64,000 bases of DNA from Candidatus Woesearchaeota archaeon. GTDB lineage: Archaea > Nanobdellota > Nanobdellia > Woesearchaeales > SKIA01. The notes under the pieces are model-generated. The model ran no database searches, was not told where the DNA came from, and worked only from the letters and a program-made list of their open reading frames with translations. Of the stretch, positions 38,128-47,524 are shown piece by piece. A program made the position numbers and the translations under genes. Location: positions 12,175 through 76,174 of the forward strand of contig JBJKRI010000004.1 of the NCBI GenBank assembly GCA_046704725.1, read 5' to 3'. The number at the start of each line of letters is the position of its first letter. The first letter of the stretch is position 1.

Positions 38128-38649
38128 CTATTGCTGTTGTTCAAACAAGGATAATTGCATATCCCGACTCAATTGCTTCGAGAGATTATCATCGATGCCG
38201 ACTATATTGTGACGTGCTTGAAGCTCGTGGAACTCGATGTCCAACAAGAGCAAGAACCGTCCCTCGGGCGAGCGCTGCTTGATCACCGGCACCCCTTTCT
38301 GGATGAGAGCGAACACCAGATCCTGAACGTGCGACGACGGAAGGGAAAGGCGACGGGACAGCTCGGCATACCCGATCGGACCCGCCGCGGTATAGAGCAA
38401 GAGGAAGACCTCCTGCTCGCGAAGCGACAGGGAGATACGCGAAAAACGCCCGAACGCGGGATCCTCCAGTCGCATTTGAAACCCTGCAAGGGCGTCTTGC
38501 ACCTTGCAGAGCCGCTCACTCAACTCGAGAAGCATAGCGCGATTCTCGAGAGTCTCTTCGGTATTCGAGTTGATCGCGTCCAAGTGCTCGTCAAGCTCCT
38601 CCTTGACGGCGCCGAACGCCTGTCGCAGTCTTTTCTCCTTGCGGAACAA
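38128..38649 (-). CDS. Coiled-coil plus winged-helix protein
   Basis: KEELDEHLDAIN coiled coil; LSLREQEVFLLLY...YAELSRRL...LIQKGVPVIK wHTH; ends QLSLFEQQQ; TTG start after GGGGGT. Confidence 0.75.
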   Translation of the reverse strand: MFRKEKRLRQAFGAVKEELDEHLDAINSNTEETLENRAMLLELSERLCKVQDALAGFQMRLEDPAFGRFSRISLSLREQEVFLLLYTAAGPIGYAELSRRLSLPSSHVQDLVFALIQKGVPVIKQRSPEGRFLLLLDIEFHELQARHNIVGIDDNLSKQLSRDMQLSLFEQQQ

Positions 38650-38802
38650 CTCATTACCCCCAGAAACAGGAGCACACAACCGCCTTAAAAATTCATATGG
38701 TGCGCCAGCGCACATGTCATCAACGAGTGAAACAGTGTAAGCGCAAGGACTAAATACACGCACGCAAAAGAGCCAAGAAATGCGCGGAATGCACGAGATC
38801 CG

Positions 38803-38936
38803 GATGTGGTATATCCCGAATCGTATCATCCTGCGCAAGCCCTGTCATTGCTGAGGACCCGGATGCGGGCGCCTCGGACGATGACAGGAACCACATCTTC
38901 TCTGAGCGCCCCGCCACAAGAGGTCCCTGGCGGAGG
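38803..38936 (+). promoter_or_regulatory. Candidate structured 5' leader RNA
   Basis: Nested stems GATGTGGT/ACCACATC and CCTGTCAT/ATGACAGG, then CCGCCA/TGGCGG overlapping GGAGG. Confidence 0.4.
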
Positions 38937-38944
38937 AATGACGG

Positions 38945-39232
38945 ATGGAATGCACCATGTGCGAAGAACCCATCACCAACCCGTTGTGCCCGGACTGCCT
39001 GGGACAGGCAGTCAGTGCGTGGCTAAACGAGCAGAGGCCACGAAAGGTCGCTGCGCTCCAAAATCTCACGAACAGCTGGAAGAGCCAGCACGGCGAGCAC
39101 TGCATCCGCTGCGGACAATCGTTCGTCTTGTGCACGTACTGCTACACGAAGGACGTGTTCAACTGGCTGCGCGACGGGGAACTGCAAGTGCAATTCCTGA
39201 GGCATTTCGACTTCCTGAGTCAAAACGCATAA
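38945..39232 (+). CDS. Small zinc-finger protein (four CxxC)
   Basis: CTMC, CPDC, CIRC, CTYC. Confidence 0.8.
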   Translation: MECTMCEEPITNPLCPDCLGQAVSAWLNEQRPRKVAALQNLTNSWKSQHGEHCIRCGQSFVLCTYCYTKDVFNWLRDGELQVQFLRHFDFLSQNA

Positions 39233-39256
39233 AAGCCCCGCACGGCTCGACAATGC

Positions 39257-39865
39257 ATGCCATCGAAAAGCCAGCTGGCCGTGGCGCTCTCGAAGCTCAA
39301 GGGCTTCGACAAGCCCAAGGATGCGCTCGAGCAATACCGCACGGACGGCGACACGGCAGCGGACCTGCTGCACAAAGCGCAACTCATCGACGGCATCGAA
39401 GGCAAACGCGTCGCCGACCTCGGGGCAGGGACCGGCATCCTCGGGATCGGCTGCCTGCAACTGGGAGCATCGCACGTCACCTTCGTGGAGATCGACGAGG
39501 AAGCGATCACGCTGCTCGAAGAGAACCTCGCGCCCTTCGCACAGGACAGGAGAGAGATCATCCACGGAGGAGTGCAGCACGTGCAAGCGGACATCGTCGT
39601 CATGAACCCGCCTTTTGGCGTGCAGCGCACGCACGCGGACCGTCCGTTCCTGCTTGCGGCATTCTCGTCCGCGCCGATCATCTACAGCCTGCACCTCGCG
39701 GGGTCGGAAGGCTTTCTGGACGCGCTGTGCAACGAGCATGGCTACGCACGCACGCACACCTGGGACTACGAGCTCCAGCTGGCTCGGAGCATGAAGCACC
39801 ACCGCCAACGCACGCACCGGACGGCCGCGATCGGGGTGCGCCTCGAGAGAAGGCAACCTTTATAA
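39257..39865 (+). CDS. METTL5-like N6-adenine RNA methyltransferase
   Basis: LEQYRT, DLGAGTGILG, MNPPFG. Confidence 0.92.
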   Translation: MPSKSQLAVALSKLKGFDKPKDALEQYRTDGDTAADLLHKAQLIDGIEGKRVADLGAGTGILGIGCLQLGASHVTFVEIDEEAITLLEENLAPFAQDRREIIHGGVQHVQADIVVMNPPFGVQRTHADRPFLLAAFSSAPIIYSLHLAGSEGFLDALCNEHGYARTHTWDYELQLARSMKHHRQRTHRTAAIGVRLERRQPL

Positions 39866-39888
39866 ACGGGTCTGGGGTTCCGCGACAC

Positions 39889-40164
39889 ATGGAGATCGCA
39901 GTCCTCGAGCAGGACAAGAACCGGATGAAGTTCGTCCTGAAAGGAGCCGGACACACCTTCTGCAACAACCTGAAACGCGAGCTGTACGCGGACAAGAACG
40001 TCCACGTCGCGAGCTACAGGGTGGACCACCCGCTCATCGGCACGCCGACCTTCATTCTCGAAAAGACCGGGACCGCGTCATTCGCGAAGATCCTCGCGGA
40101 CGCGGCAAAACGGATACAGAAACAGAACGCGGAGGCCCAAAAGGCCTTCAAGAAACTGAAGTGA
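39889..40164 (+). CDS. rpoL: RNA polymerase subunit Rpo11 (L)
   Basis: GHTFCNNLK.EL.....VASYRVDHPL. Confidence 0.93.
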   Translation: MEIAVLEQDKNRMKFVLKGAGHTFCNNLKRELYADKNVHVASYRVDHPLIGTPTFILEKTGTASFAKILADAAKRIQKQNAEAQKAFKKLK

Positions 40165-40370
40165 GCCTGAAAATCATCGAGCATCGCTGCCCGGAATGCG
40201 GAGCGGCCCTCCAGCCTGCCCGCGTCGGAGACGAGACCATCCGTGCATGCCGATGCGGATACGGACAGCCGGAGAAGCGGGAGGAGAACACGCGAGGGAT
40301 AGTGACCTATATCCAGCAGCTCGGAGCGGCAACGCTCACACACCTCATGCAGAACCGTGAAAAGCGCTAG
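40161..40370 (+). CDS. Small zinc-ribbon protein resembling the N-terminal ribbon of TFS/RpoM
   Basis: CPECG...CRCGY; GTGA overlap with rpoL; no C-terminal ribbon or DE hairpin. Confidence 0.6.
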   Translation: MSLKIIEHRCPECGAALQPARVGDETIRACRCGYGQPEKREENTRGIVTYIQQLGAATLTHLMQNREKR

Positions 40371-41068
40371 GCGCCGAAACGGCGTTCGCGGGAAGCATAC
40401 TGTGACAAGCACTCGTCGAACTCCTCCTTGGAGAAGGCGGGCCAGAGCGAATCCACGAAGCACCACTCGCTGTACGGGCTCTGCCAGAGAAGAAAGTTCG
40501 AGGTCCGCCGTTCGCCGCCAGTACGGATGATGAGATCGGGACTGTCAGCCATGACGAGCGCATCATCCACGATCGCTTCCGAGATATCAACCGGGGAGAG
40601 CTCACCGTCCCTCACGCGCTCGGCGAGCGAACGGAAAGCGTCGACGAGCTCCTCACGACCGCCGTAGGCGATCGCGACGTTCAACAAATAGTCGGAGAAA
40701 TCCGTGGTCGCCTCCTCAAGCGCCGACAATGCCGAGCGCACGGACGCGGGAAGCATATCCAGCCGTCCGAGGAACCGCACACGCACCTTATTGCGCATCA
40801 CTTCAGAACCGGGCTTGACCTGCTCTTTAGCGAAACCCGTGAAGGTCCGCATGAGGAAATCGAACTCTATTTTGGGACGGGAGAAATTCTGCAATGACAA
40901 CGCATACACCGTCACGGTGCGGATGCCCGCATCGCGGCACCATGAGAGCACCTCCTTGAGCTTGGAAGCGCCCTGTGAGTGTCCGACGGACGGGTCCTTG
41001 AGCAAGGCGCGCGCGTACCGTCGATTCCCATCCATGATGAAAGCGACATGCGAAGGGGTCATGCGCAT
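40367..41068 (-). CDS. uppS: cis-prenyltransferase (UppS family)
   Basis: HVAFIMDGNRRYA, SLQNFSR, YGGREE, DLIIRTGGERRTSNFLLWQ, RRFG. Confidence 0.96.
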   Translation of the reverse strand: MRMTPSHVAFIMDGNRRYARALLKDPSVGHSQGASKLKEVLSWCRDAGIRTVTVYALSLQNFSRPKIEFDFLMRTFTGFAKEQVKPGSEVMRNKVRVRFLGRLDMLPASVRSALSALEEATTDFSDYLLNVAIAYGGREELVDAFRSLAERVRDGELSPVDISEAIVDDALVMADSPDLIIRTGGERRTSNFLLWQSPYSEWCFVDSLWPAFSKEEFDECLSQYASRERRFGA

Positions 41069-41148
41069 CGGACCGGAAAAGTGAATATAAAGATTCCTGG
41101 GAGCGCCGGAACGAATCCTTATAAACAAGAGAGTCCCGGAACGGACGG

Positions 41149-41739
41149 ATGAACGCGATACTCAAGTTCCTGCTCTTCTTGCTCGGCATCGTGCTCGTCG
41201 CAGGAGTCCTGTTCCAACTCGCTCACCCGCCGGTCAGGACGAACACGAACCCGGTGGCCCAACCGAACTACACCGCCGTCGTGCCGCCCGGTTTCACCGC
41301 CGAGAACGTGACGCGCGTGCTCGACCCGCACGACGCCGGAAAGCTCATGACGCCGCGCCTGCCATTGGTGAAGATCGCCGACAAGATCACAAGCATCGCC
41401 TGCCCTGGCGGAGGGATGCAATGCAAGGCCAAAGCCCTGCTCGTCTGGACGCGCACCAACATCCAGCACCTTGCGGTATTGCCGCCGAACGAACAGATAC
41501 TCGGGCCCGAAGAGACCATCCTCTACCGGCAGGGCGACGACACGACGATGAGCGTCCTGCTCATCGCGATGCTACGGGCAGAAGGCATCAAGGCACGCAT
41601 GGGCATCACGCCGTACGTGACGTTCGTCGAAGCGACCGTGGGCGGCGTGAACGTGCAGCTCGATCCCGGATGCGCCGATTGCGCGTACGGCGATAGCCGA
41701 TACACCGGCCAAGCGAAAGACATCACCTGGGTGTCGTAG
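41149..41739 (+). CDS. Membrane-anchored transglutaminase-like protein, probably catalytically inactive
   Basis: PEETI...GDDTTMSVLLIAMLRAEGI: GDC replaced by GDD, His position occupied by V. Confidence 0.7.
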   Translation: MNAILKFLLFLLGIVLVAGVLFQLAHPPVRTNTNPVAQPNYTAVVPPGFTAENVTRVLDPHDAGKLMTPRLPLVKIADKITSIACPGGGMQCKAKALLVWTRTNIQHLAVLPPNEQILGPEETILYRQGDDTTMSVLLIAMLRAEGIKARMGITPYVTFVEATVGGVNVQLDPGCADCAYGDSRYTGQAKDITWVS

Positions 41740-43051
41740 GAGACACGACCATACCGTCCAGCACCTTCCCGTCTATGAAGCGCACCCCCTCCTCAGCGAG
41801 CAACCGTCGCTTGCGATCGAGCGGCTCGCCAGAGACCGCGCCCATGAAACCGCCGATCGTGCCGTCAGAAGCGATGACGCGATGGCACGGCACGGTAGGC
41901 GCGTAGGGATTCTTGCGCAAGGCCGCGCCGACAGCACGGTACGCGGCACTATCGAGCGCTCTGGCCACCAAGGCATACGTGGTGACCTTCCCGACGGGAA
42001 CCGAGCGCACGGCGCGATAGACGCGCTCGGCGAAGGAATCAGCAACGAGCGTGGCTGGACGGATGCGGAGCTCGGGGAAACGCTTGTCGAGCACGACCAG
42101 ATACTCACGCAACTGCGACAGGTTCTGGGGGCGCGGGCTGTGCCGGGCACGCTCGAAATCGATGAGCGTGACCGCCTGCCCGGAGACGATGACGTGCTTG
42201 TAGGGATTGGTGAACTCGGTCTTGCGGATGCCGGCATGATCCAGCAAACGGGCCTGTCGTACCAGTTCGGAGAGCACCTCCAGCGCCTCGACGCGAGAGG
42301 CGTGCGAGAGGAACTCCTCGATGCGCTCGCCCGGAACGTACGCTATGCACAACACAGCATCCTCATGGGAGAAATATTGCGGGCCGATGCCCAGAGCGTT
42401 CACAATGCCGAGCATACGCGCCTCCTGCGTGATGCGGCGCTGGTCAGCGATCTTGAAGACGCGGTCATCCTCCTTGTACACGCGGCTGCGCTTTCCCGAT
42501 GCGAGGTACCGTGCGGCAGGATGATCGGGCAGGGCGAAGACGATGCGATAGACACGAAGCTCCTCGAACGAGATTCGTCGCTTTTCGACGACCTCCCAGG
42601 AGAACCCGCGCTCGAGCAAGGACCGCTCGACCACCGCGAAGTTCGTGCGGGAAGAGACGAGCAGGAATGCCTGTCCGTCGCGGGACAGATGGTCGGCGAG
42701 CCCGGAGAGGAAACGGACGGTCCATTCGTAGCCGTGAGGACCGCCGTCGAGCGCGACGTCCGGAGCGGCTCTCTCGTCCGGGAGGTACGGCGCGTTGCAT
42801 ACCACAGTATCGAAGACGCCATCCACGGCGGAGAACAGGTCTGAACGGTGGGCATCGACCCCTGCCTTGCGCGCGGCGGCGACGGCCTCAGGATCGATAT
42901 CGACAGCCACGACCGCGCCCACATCAGGATTCTCTTTCGCGGCGATCGCCTGCACGCCGCTGCCAGTACCCATATCCAACACCCGGCCCTTGGCGGCAGA
43001 GCGTACGACGCGCGAGAGCAGTTCGCTGTCCTCACGAGGCTCGTATACCAT
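41723..43051 (-). CDS. Fusion: HemK2/Mtq2-like methyltransferase + Ser/Thr kinase-like domain + MGMT
   Basis: VYEPREDSELL, DMGTGSG, NAPY; SGKRSRVY..VFK..EA..LIDFE; VTTY..VA...RAVG.A..NP....PCHRV. Confidence 0.88.
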   Translation of the reverse strand: MVYEPREDSELLSRVVRSAAKGRVLDMGTGSGVQAIAAKENPDVGAVVAVDIDPEAVAAARKAGVDAHRSDLFSAVDGVFDTVVCNAPYLPDERAAPDVALDGGPHGYEWTVRFLSGLADHLSRDGQAFLLVSSRTNFAVVERSLLERGFSWEVVEKRRISFEELRVYRIVFALPDHPAARYLASGKRSRVYKEDDRVFKIADQRRITQEARMLGIVNALGIGPQYFSHEDAVLCIAYVPGERIEEFLSHASRVEALEVLSELVRQARLLDHAGIRKTEFTNPYKHVIVSGQAVTLIDFERARHSPRPQNLSQLREYLVVLDKRFPELRIRPATLVADSFAERVYRAVRSVPVGKVTTYALVARALDSAAYRAVGAALRKNPYAPTVPCHRVIASDGTIGGFMGAVSGEPLDRKRRLLAEEGVRFIDGKVLDGMVVSPTTPR

Positions 43052-43073
43052 ACGACGAGAATACCGCGGTCGT

Positions 43074-43538
43074 TTATCTGCCTTTACCGAAGGCCTTGTC
43101 GGCGACGGCCAGATATTCCTTGACCCGAGACAATATGGAGGCGAGGAAATACTGCTCGACATGCTCCTCGAAGATCGAGACGAGCGAAGCGTTCTCGCGC
43201 ACGCGATACGCGTTCTTCACCTTCTCGACGAGGAATATCTCGCGCAGGCGCAACACCTGGCGGCGGATGTTCGAGGGAGCGACGCCGAGGACGGGGACCC
43301 CTGCCGCTTCCCGGGCGTCGATGGTCGCGTGCTCGATCTGCTTGCTCGTGAGCGGCTCTTTCGCGCGCAGCAGGACATGCAAGACATCGACGATGACATC
43401 GCGGCTATCGCCGGGCTGCAGTACGCCTAGGGAAAGGCAGAGCTTTCGCACGAGTTCGCGCTCGGACAGGCCGCGCGGCGGCTCGTACTTGCGCAGCGTC
43501 AGTTCTCCAAGGGGGGTATCTGTTGCTTTTCTTGCCAT
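43074..43538 (-). CDS. Conserved archaeal winged-helix hypothetical protein
   Basis: ELTLRKYE.P, LCLSLG.LQPGDSRD, SNIRRQV.RLR...LVEK. Confidence 0.75.
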   Translation of the reverse strand: MARKATDTPLGELTLRKYEPPRGLSERELVRKLCLSLGVLQPGDSRDVIVDVLHVLLRAKEPLTSKQIEHATIDAREAAGVPVLGVAPSNIRRQVLRLREIFLVEKVKNAYRVRENASLVSIFEEHVEQYFLASILSRVKEYLAVADKAFGKGR

Positions 43539-44371
43539 GCGTTCTTCTCCACGTGCAGCACGCGCTGCGGGAAGGGAATCGTGATGCCCTGCTCGTCGAG
43601 CGCGTCCTTGATGCGCTCGAGATACTCTTGCCTGATGGCGAGCTCGTCCTCGGCCTTGTTGACCCAGACGCGGAGCAGGATGTTCACACCGCTGTCGGCG
43701 AGCTCGGTCACGACGACCGTGGGCCGCAGGTACTGCGACAGTCGCGTATCCGCCGAGGGGTCGACGAGCGAGAGCACGACCGAGCGCGTCTTGCTCACGC
43801 TGTCGCTGTAGCTGATGGAGAACGGGATCTCCACGCGCACCTCGCCGTTCTTGGTGTGATTGACGACGAGCTGGTTGACGATAGAGGTGTTGGGCACGAT
43901 GAGGTACTGGTTCTGGAGCGTGCGGATGCGCGTGGAACGCATCGTGATCTCCGTCACGCGCCCGTACAGGCTATTGACCTCGATGTAGTCGCCCACATAG
44001 AATGGCTTGTCCCAGAAGATCGTGACGCCGGCGATATAGTTGCTCACGGTGTCCTGCGCCGCGAAGCCGAGGCCGACGCCCACGATACCCAGGCCGGTGA
44101 GCGCATCCCCGATACGCACGCCCATCTGGTATAAGGCGATGACCGCGCCGACGATGATGAGGAAGTACTTGTAGGTCTTGAGAGACAAGGAGATGATGCT
44201 CGCGTGGACGTGCCGTCGCTCGAGCGCCGCGCGCAAGAGCAGGACGGTGCCCTGGTACATCGCGTAGAACGCCGCGAAGATGAGCAGTCCGACCAGGAAG
44301 CGCGGAAGGAAGGTGACGAAAGAGCCCCAGACACGCGCGAGCTCGGCGACCGGGATGATGCTGAGGGCCAT
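43499..44371 (-). CDS. mscS: Small-conductance mechanosensitive channel
   Basis: GLGFAAQDTVSNYIAG, KPFYVGD, VPN, IPFPQR. Confidence 0.95.
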   Translation of the reverse strand: MALSIIPVAELARVWGSFVTFLPRFLVGLLIFAAFYAMYQGTVLLLRAALERRHVHASIISLSLKTYKYFLIIVGAVIALYQMGVRIGDALTGLGIVGVGLGFAAQDTVSNYIAGVTIFWDKPFYVGDYIEVNSLYGRVTEITMRSTRIRTLQNQYLIVPNTSIVNQLVVNHTKNGEVRVEIPFSISYSDSVSKTRSVVLSLVDPSADTRLSQYLRPTVVVTELADSGVNILLRVWVNKAEDELAIRQEYLERIKDALDEQGITIPFPQRVLHVEKNAWQEKQQIPPLEN

Positions 44372-44404
44372 TCCGCTTAAAAATTGTGAGCAGGGTATTT
44401 AAGC

Positions 44405-47400
44405 CTATTCCTGGAGGGCGATGCCGTAGCGCAACGCGCGTTTCCGCACGCGCTCCTCGGCCGTGTGCGGCGTCGTGAGCTTGTCGACGAAGGAGACGGC
44501 CGTCACGCCGCAGACCGTCTTGAGCTCGTCCTCGCGGCCGCTCACGACGTCCTGGAGGTCCGTGGCGAGCTGGATGCTGACGCGGTCGGTCTTGTCCATG
44601 CCTGCCTCCTTGCGCAGGCGCTGTATGCGCCTGACGAGCTCGCGGAAAAAGCCTTCCTTTAGCAGCTCTTCGTCCTGCGCTGTGGAGACGAGCACCTTGA
44701 TGCCCTGCGACTCCGCGAACGCCCAACCGTCCGGCGCGTGCGCGGTCACTGACAGGAACTCCGGGCCCAAGGTCTCTTCCAGTACGGTCACCTTCCCATC
44801 CTTGGCGAACTGCGCGCCGAGCCGGTCGGCGTCCTTCTTGATGGCCGTCGCGAGCTCGGCGGTACGGGCCCCGAAGGACTTGCCGAGCGCCTTGAAATCG
44901 GGATCCACCGTGAAGGACAACGGGAGGGATTCCTCGAAGCGGATCTCCTTGACGTTCGCTTGTTGGGCGACGAGGGAAGCGAGCTCATCCGGCAGCACAG
45001 CAACGCCACTGACCCGCGCGGTGCGGAGCGGCCAGCGCAGACCCGTCTGTGCCTTGTCACGCGCCGCCAGGATGACGCTGAGCACGTCCATGGCCTCATG
45101 CATACCGCCTTCGAGCGCGGTATCGATCCGTTTTTCGTCCGCAGCGGGAAGGCCGCTCAAGTGCACGCTCTGCTCCTGCAATCCGAGCGGACCGCGGAGG
45201 TTCCGCCAGATGGCCTCGGTGATGAACGGCGAGACCGAAGCGAGCAGACGGACAGCGATGAGATATGATTCGGTCAAAGCGCTGCGCACGGCCGCACGCT
45301 CGTCATCGGTGCCCTGCGCGACCTTGGGGCGCACCAGCTGGATGTATGTCCGGCTGATATCGTCGAGCAGGGATTCGATCGCTTCGGGGATGCGGTCGAG
45401 GCGATAGGCGTCCAGGAGGTCCGCGACCTGTTTCGCGGTGCTGTGGGCGCGCGACAGGATGTACCGCTCCTCGACACCCAACGAAGGCTTCCCCCGCGCG
45501 TCGGCGTACAGGTCGAGCAGGTACTTGTGGATGTTCCAATAGACGAGCAAGCTCTTGCGCTTGTTCTCGCAATCATCGAGATTATAGTTGAGGTCCTGGC
45601 CGGCGCGTGTGCCGCTGATGAGGTACAAGCGCACGGCGTCAGCGCCGTACTTGCCGATGACCTCCTCCGGCAGGATGTAGTTGCCCTCGCTCTTGGACAT
45701 CTTGCGTCCCTGGGCGTCCTGTATCATGCCGTGCATGTACACGTTCTTGAAGGGCAGCTTGTCGAAGGCGACGGTCGATGCGACCATGAGCAGGTTGAAC
45801 CAGCCGCGTATCTGGTCGTTGCCCTCGATGATGAAATCCGCGGGGAAGAACGTATCGAAGAGATCCTTGCGTGCGGGGAAGTGCAGCGACGCGAACGACG
45901 CGACACCCGCATCAACCCAGACGTCGATCACGTCGGGCAAGCGACGAAACGTCTTCTTGCCCTTCTTGATGATGACATCATCGATCCACGGCTTGTGCAG
46001 CTCCTTCACCGGATGCCCGCAGAGCCTTTCGAGCTCTTCCTTGGAGCCCACGACGATGACATCGTCCGGGTCCTCCTCGTTGCGCCAGACAGGGAAAGGC
46101 GTCCCCCAGAAGCGTTGCTTGGTCAGGCTGTTGTCGCGCAGGTTCTCCAGCCAGCTGTTGAAGGCGTTGAAACCGGCCTCGGGAACCCAATGGGCCTTCT
46201 TGTTCTGCGCGACCATACGCTCCTTGAGGTCATCTACATGCAAGAACCACTGCCGCGTCGTCTTATAGACGATGGGCTGCTTGGAGCGCTCGGCGAACGG
46301 ATAATCGTGGACGTAGGGCTCGATCGCGACGAGCATGCCCTTCGCCTCGATCTGCTCGGTGAAAAAAGCGTCCTCGAAACGCGCGCGCTTGCCCGAGAAG
46401 ATGTCGACGTCCTCAGGGTACCGGCCCCGCTCGTCGAGGAGGTTCCAGGCCGGGACGTCCTCGCGCACGCCCACCTCGTAATCCTCGGGGCCGCAGCCGG
46501 GAGCGGCGTGGACAAGACCGGTGCCGCTGTCGGTCGTCACGTACTCGACGGAAGCGACGACAGTATGGACATTGGGATGGTCCTTCTTGAGGGACGCGTA
46601 GTCGAAGGTGTCCGCGAAGAAATGCGTGTATTCCGCGCCGACGAGCTCCTTGCCAGGAGTCTTCCCGATGATTGTGCCCTTCTTTCCCGCGCCGGCCAGC
46701 ACGGCGTCCACGCGCTGCTCGGCAATGATCCAAACCTCATCATCCACCTTGACGTGCGCGTACGAGACGTCGGGATTCACCATGATCATGAGATTGAAGG
46801 GGATCGTCCACGGAGTGGTCGTCCAGACGATGAAGAACTCGTCCTTCGCGTCCAGGCGGGGAAACTTCACGTAGATGCTCTTGTCCTCGACCTCCTGGTA
46901 ATAGAGCTCGTGCTTGGCGAGGGCGGTCTCGTGCACGGGATCCCAGTACATGGGACGCAAGCCCTCATAGAGCCGTCCGTTCTCGTGGGCATGCTTGATG
47001 AGCCACCACACAGCGCCGATCCACTCGTCGCTGATCGTCTGGTAAGGATCGTCGAAATCGAGCCAGACACCGAGGCGCGCGAAGTCCTCGTTCATGGCGT
47101 GCATGCGCGATACGGTCAGGTCGCGGCAGTAGGTCGCGAAACGCTCGACGCCGTACGAGACGATATCCTCCTTGTTCTTGAGGCCGAGCTCGCGCATAGC
47201 GGCGTGCTCGTTGGGAAGGCCGTGCATGTCGTAGCCCGCGCGGTCCCAGACCCTACGGCCCTGCATGCGTCGCAACCGCACGACCAGGTCCTTCATGCTC
47301 TTGTTCCACGCCGTGCCGATATGGACCTTGCCGCTCGTGTAGGGAGGGCCGTCGAGGAAATAGAACGGCTCTCCCGAAGCCTTCTTGTTCGCCGCCGCAT

Positions 47401-47473
47401 GAAGACCGTTCTTCTTCCAGAAGTCCAGCACAGCGGGCTCGAGCACGGTGAAATCCGGGTCGGGATACTCCAT
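44405..47473 (-). CDS. ileS: Isoleucine--tRNA ligase
   Basis: DGPPYTSGKVHIG, WTTTPWT, GTGLVH.APG, KMSKS; start MEYPDP. Confidence 0.97.
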   Translation of the reverse strand: MEYPDPDFTVLEPAVLDFWKKNGLHAAANKKASGEPFYFLDGPPYTSGKVHIGTAWNKSMKDLVVRLRRMQGRRVWDRAGYDMHGLPNEHAAMRELGLKNKEDIVSYGVERFATYCRDLTVSRMHAMNEDFARLGVWLDFDDPYQTISDEWIGAVWWLIKHAHENGRLYEGLRPMYWDPVHETALAKHELYYQEVEDKSIYVKFPRLDAKDEFFIVWTTTPWTIPFNLMIMVNPDVSYAHVKVDDEVWIIAEQRVDAVLAGAGKKGTIIGKTPGKELVGAEYTHFFADTFDYASLKKDHPNVHTVVASVEYVTTDSGTGLVHAAPGCGPEDYEVGVREDVPAWNLLDERGRYPEDVDIFSGKRARFEDAFFTEQIEAKGMLVAIEPYVHDYPFAERSKQPIVYKTTRQWFLHVDDLKERMVAQNKKAHWVPEAGFNAFNSWLENLRDNSLTKQRFWGTPFPVWRNEEDPDDVIVVGSKEELERLCGHPVKELHKPWIDDVIIKKGKKTFRRLPDVIDVWVDAGVASFASLHFPARKDLFDTFFPADFIIEGNDQIRGWFNLLMVASTVAFDKLPFKNVYMHGMIQDAQGRKMSKSEGNYILPEEVIGKYGADAVRLYLISGTRAGQDLNYNLDDCENKRKSLLVYWNIHKYLLDLYADARGKPSLGVEERYILSRAHSTAKQVADLLDAYRLDRIPEAIESLLDDISRTYIQLVRPKVAQGTDDERAAVRSALTESYLIAVRLLASVSPFITEAIWRNLRGPLGLQEQSVHLSGLPAADEKRIDTALEGGMHEAMDVLSVILAARDKAQTGLRWPLRTARVSGVAVLPDELASLVAQQANVKEIRFEESLPLSFTVDPDFKALGKSFGARTAELATAIKKDADRLGAQFAKDGKVTVLEETLGPEFLSVTAHAPDGWAFAESQGIKVLVSTAQDEELLKEGFFRELVRRIQRLRKEAGMDKTDRVSIQLATDLQDVVSGREDELKTVCGVTAVSFVDKLTTPHTAEERVRKRALRYGIALQE

Positions 47474-47524
47474 GTAAGGGTGCGCACGCGTAGCTTTAAA
47501 AGGGTTTTCGGTCCTCCGGAACGT

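Noticed and set aside
26737-38130. Integrated provirus or plasmid around the tyrosine recombinase
   Set aside because: No capsid, packaging ATPase, primase or relaxase recognised and no att direct repeats found; the recombinase looks like chromosomal XerA
38820-38905. TPP riboswitch (GCTGAG..ACCCG)
   Set aside because: Lacks the downstream CCTGA...TAAT...GCG.AGGGA half of the aptamer
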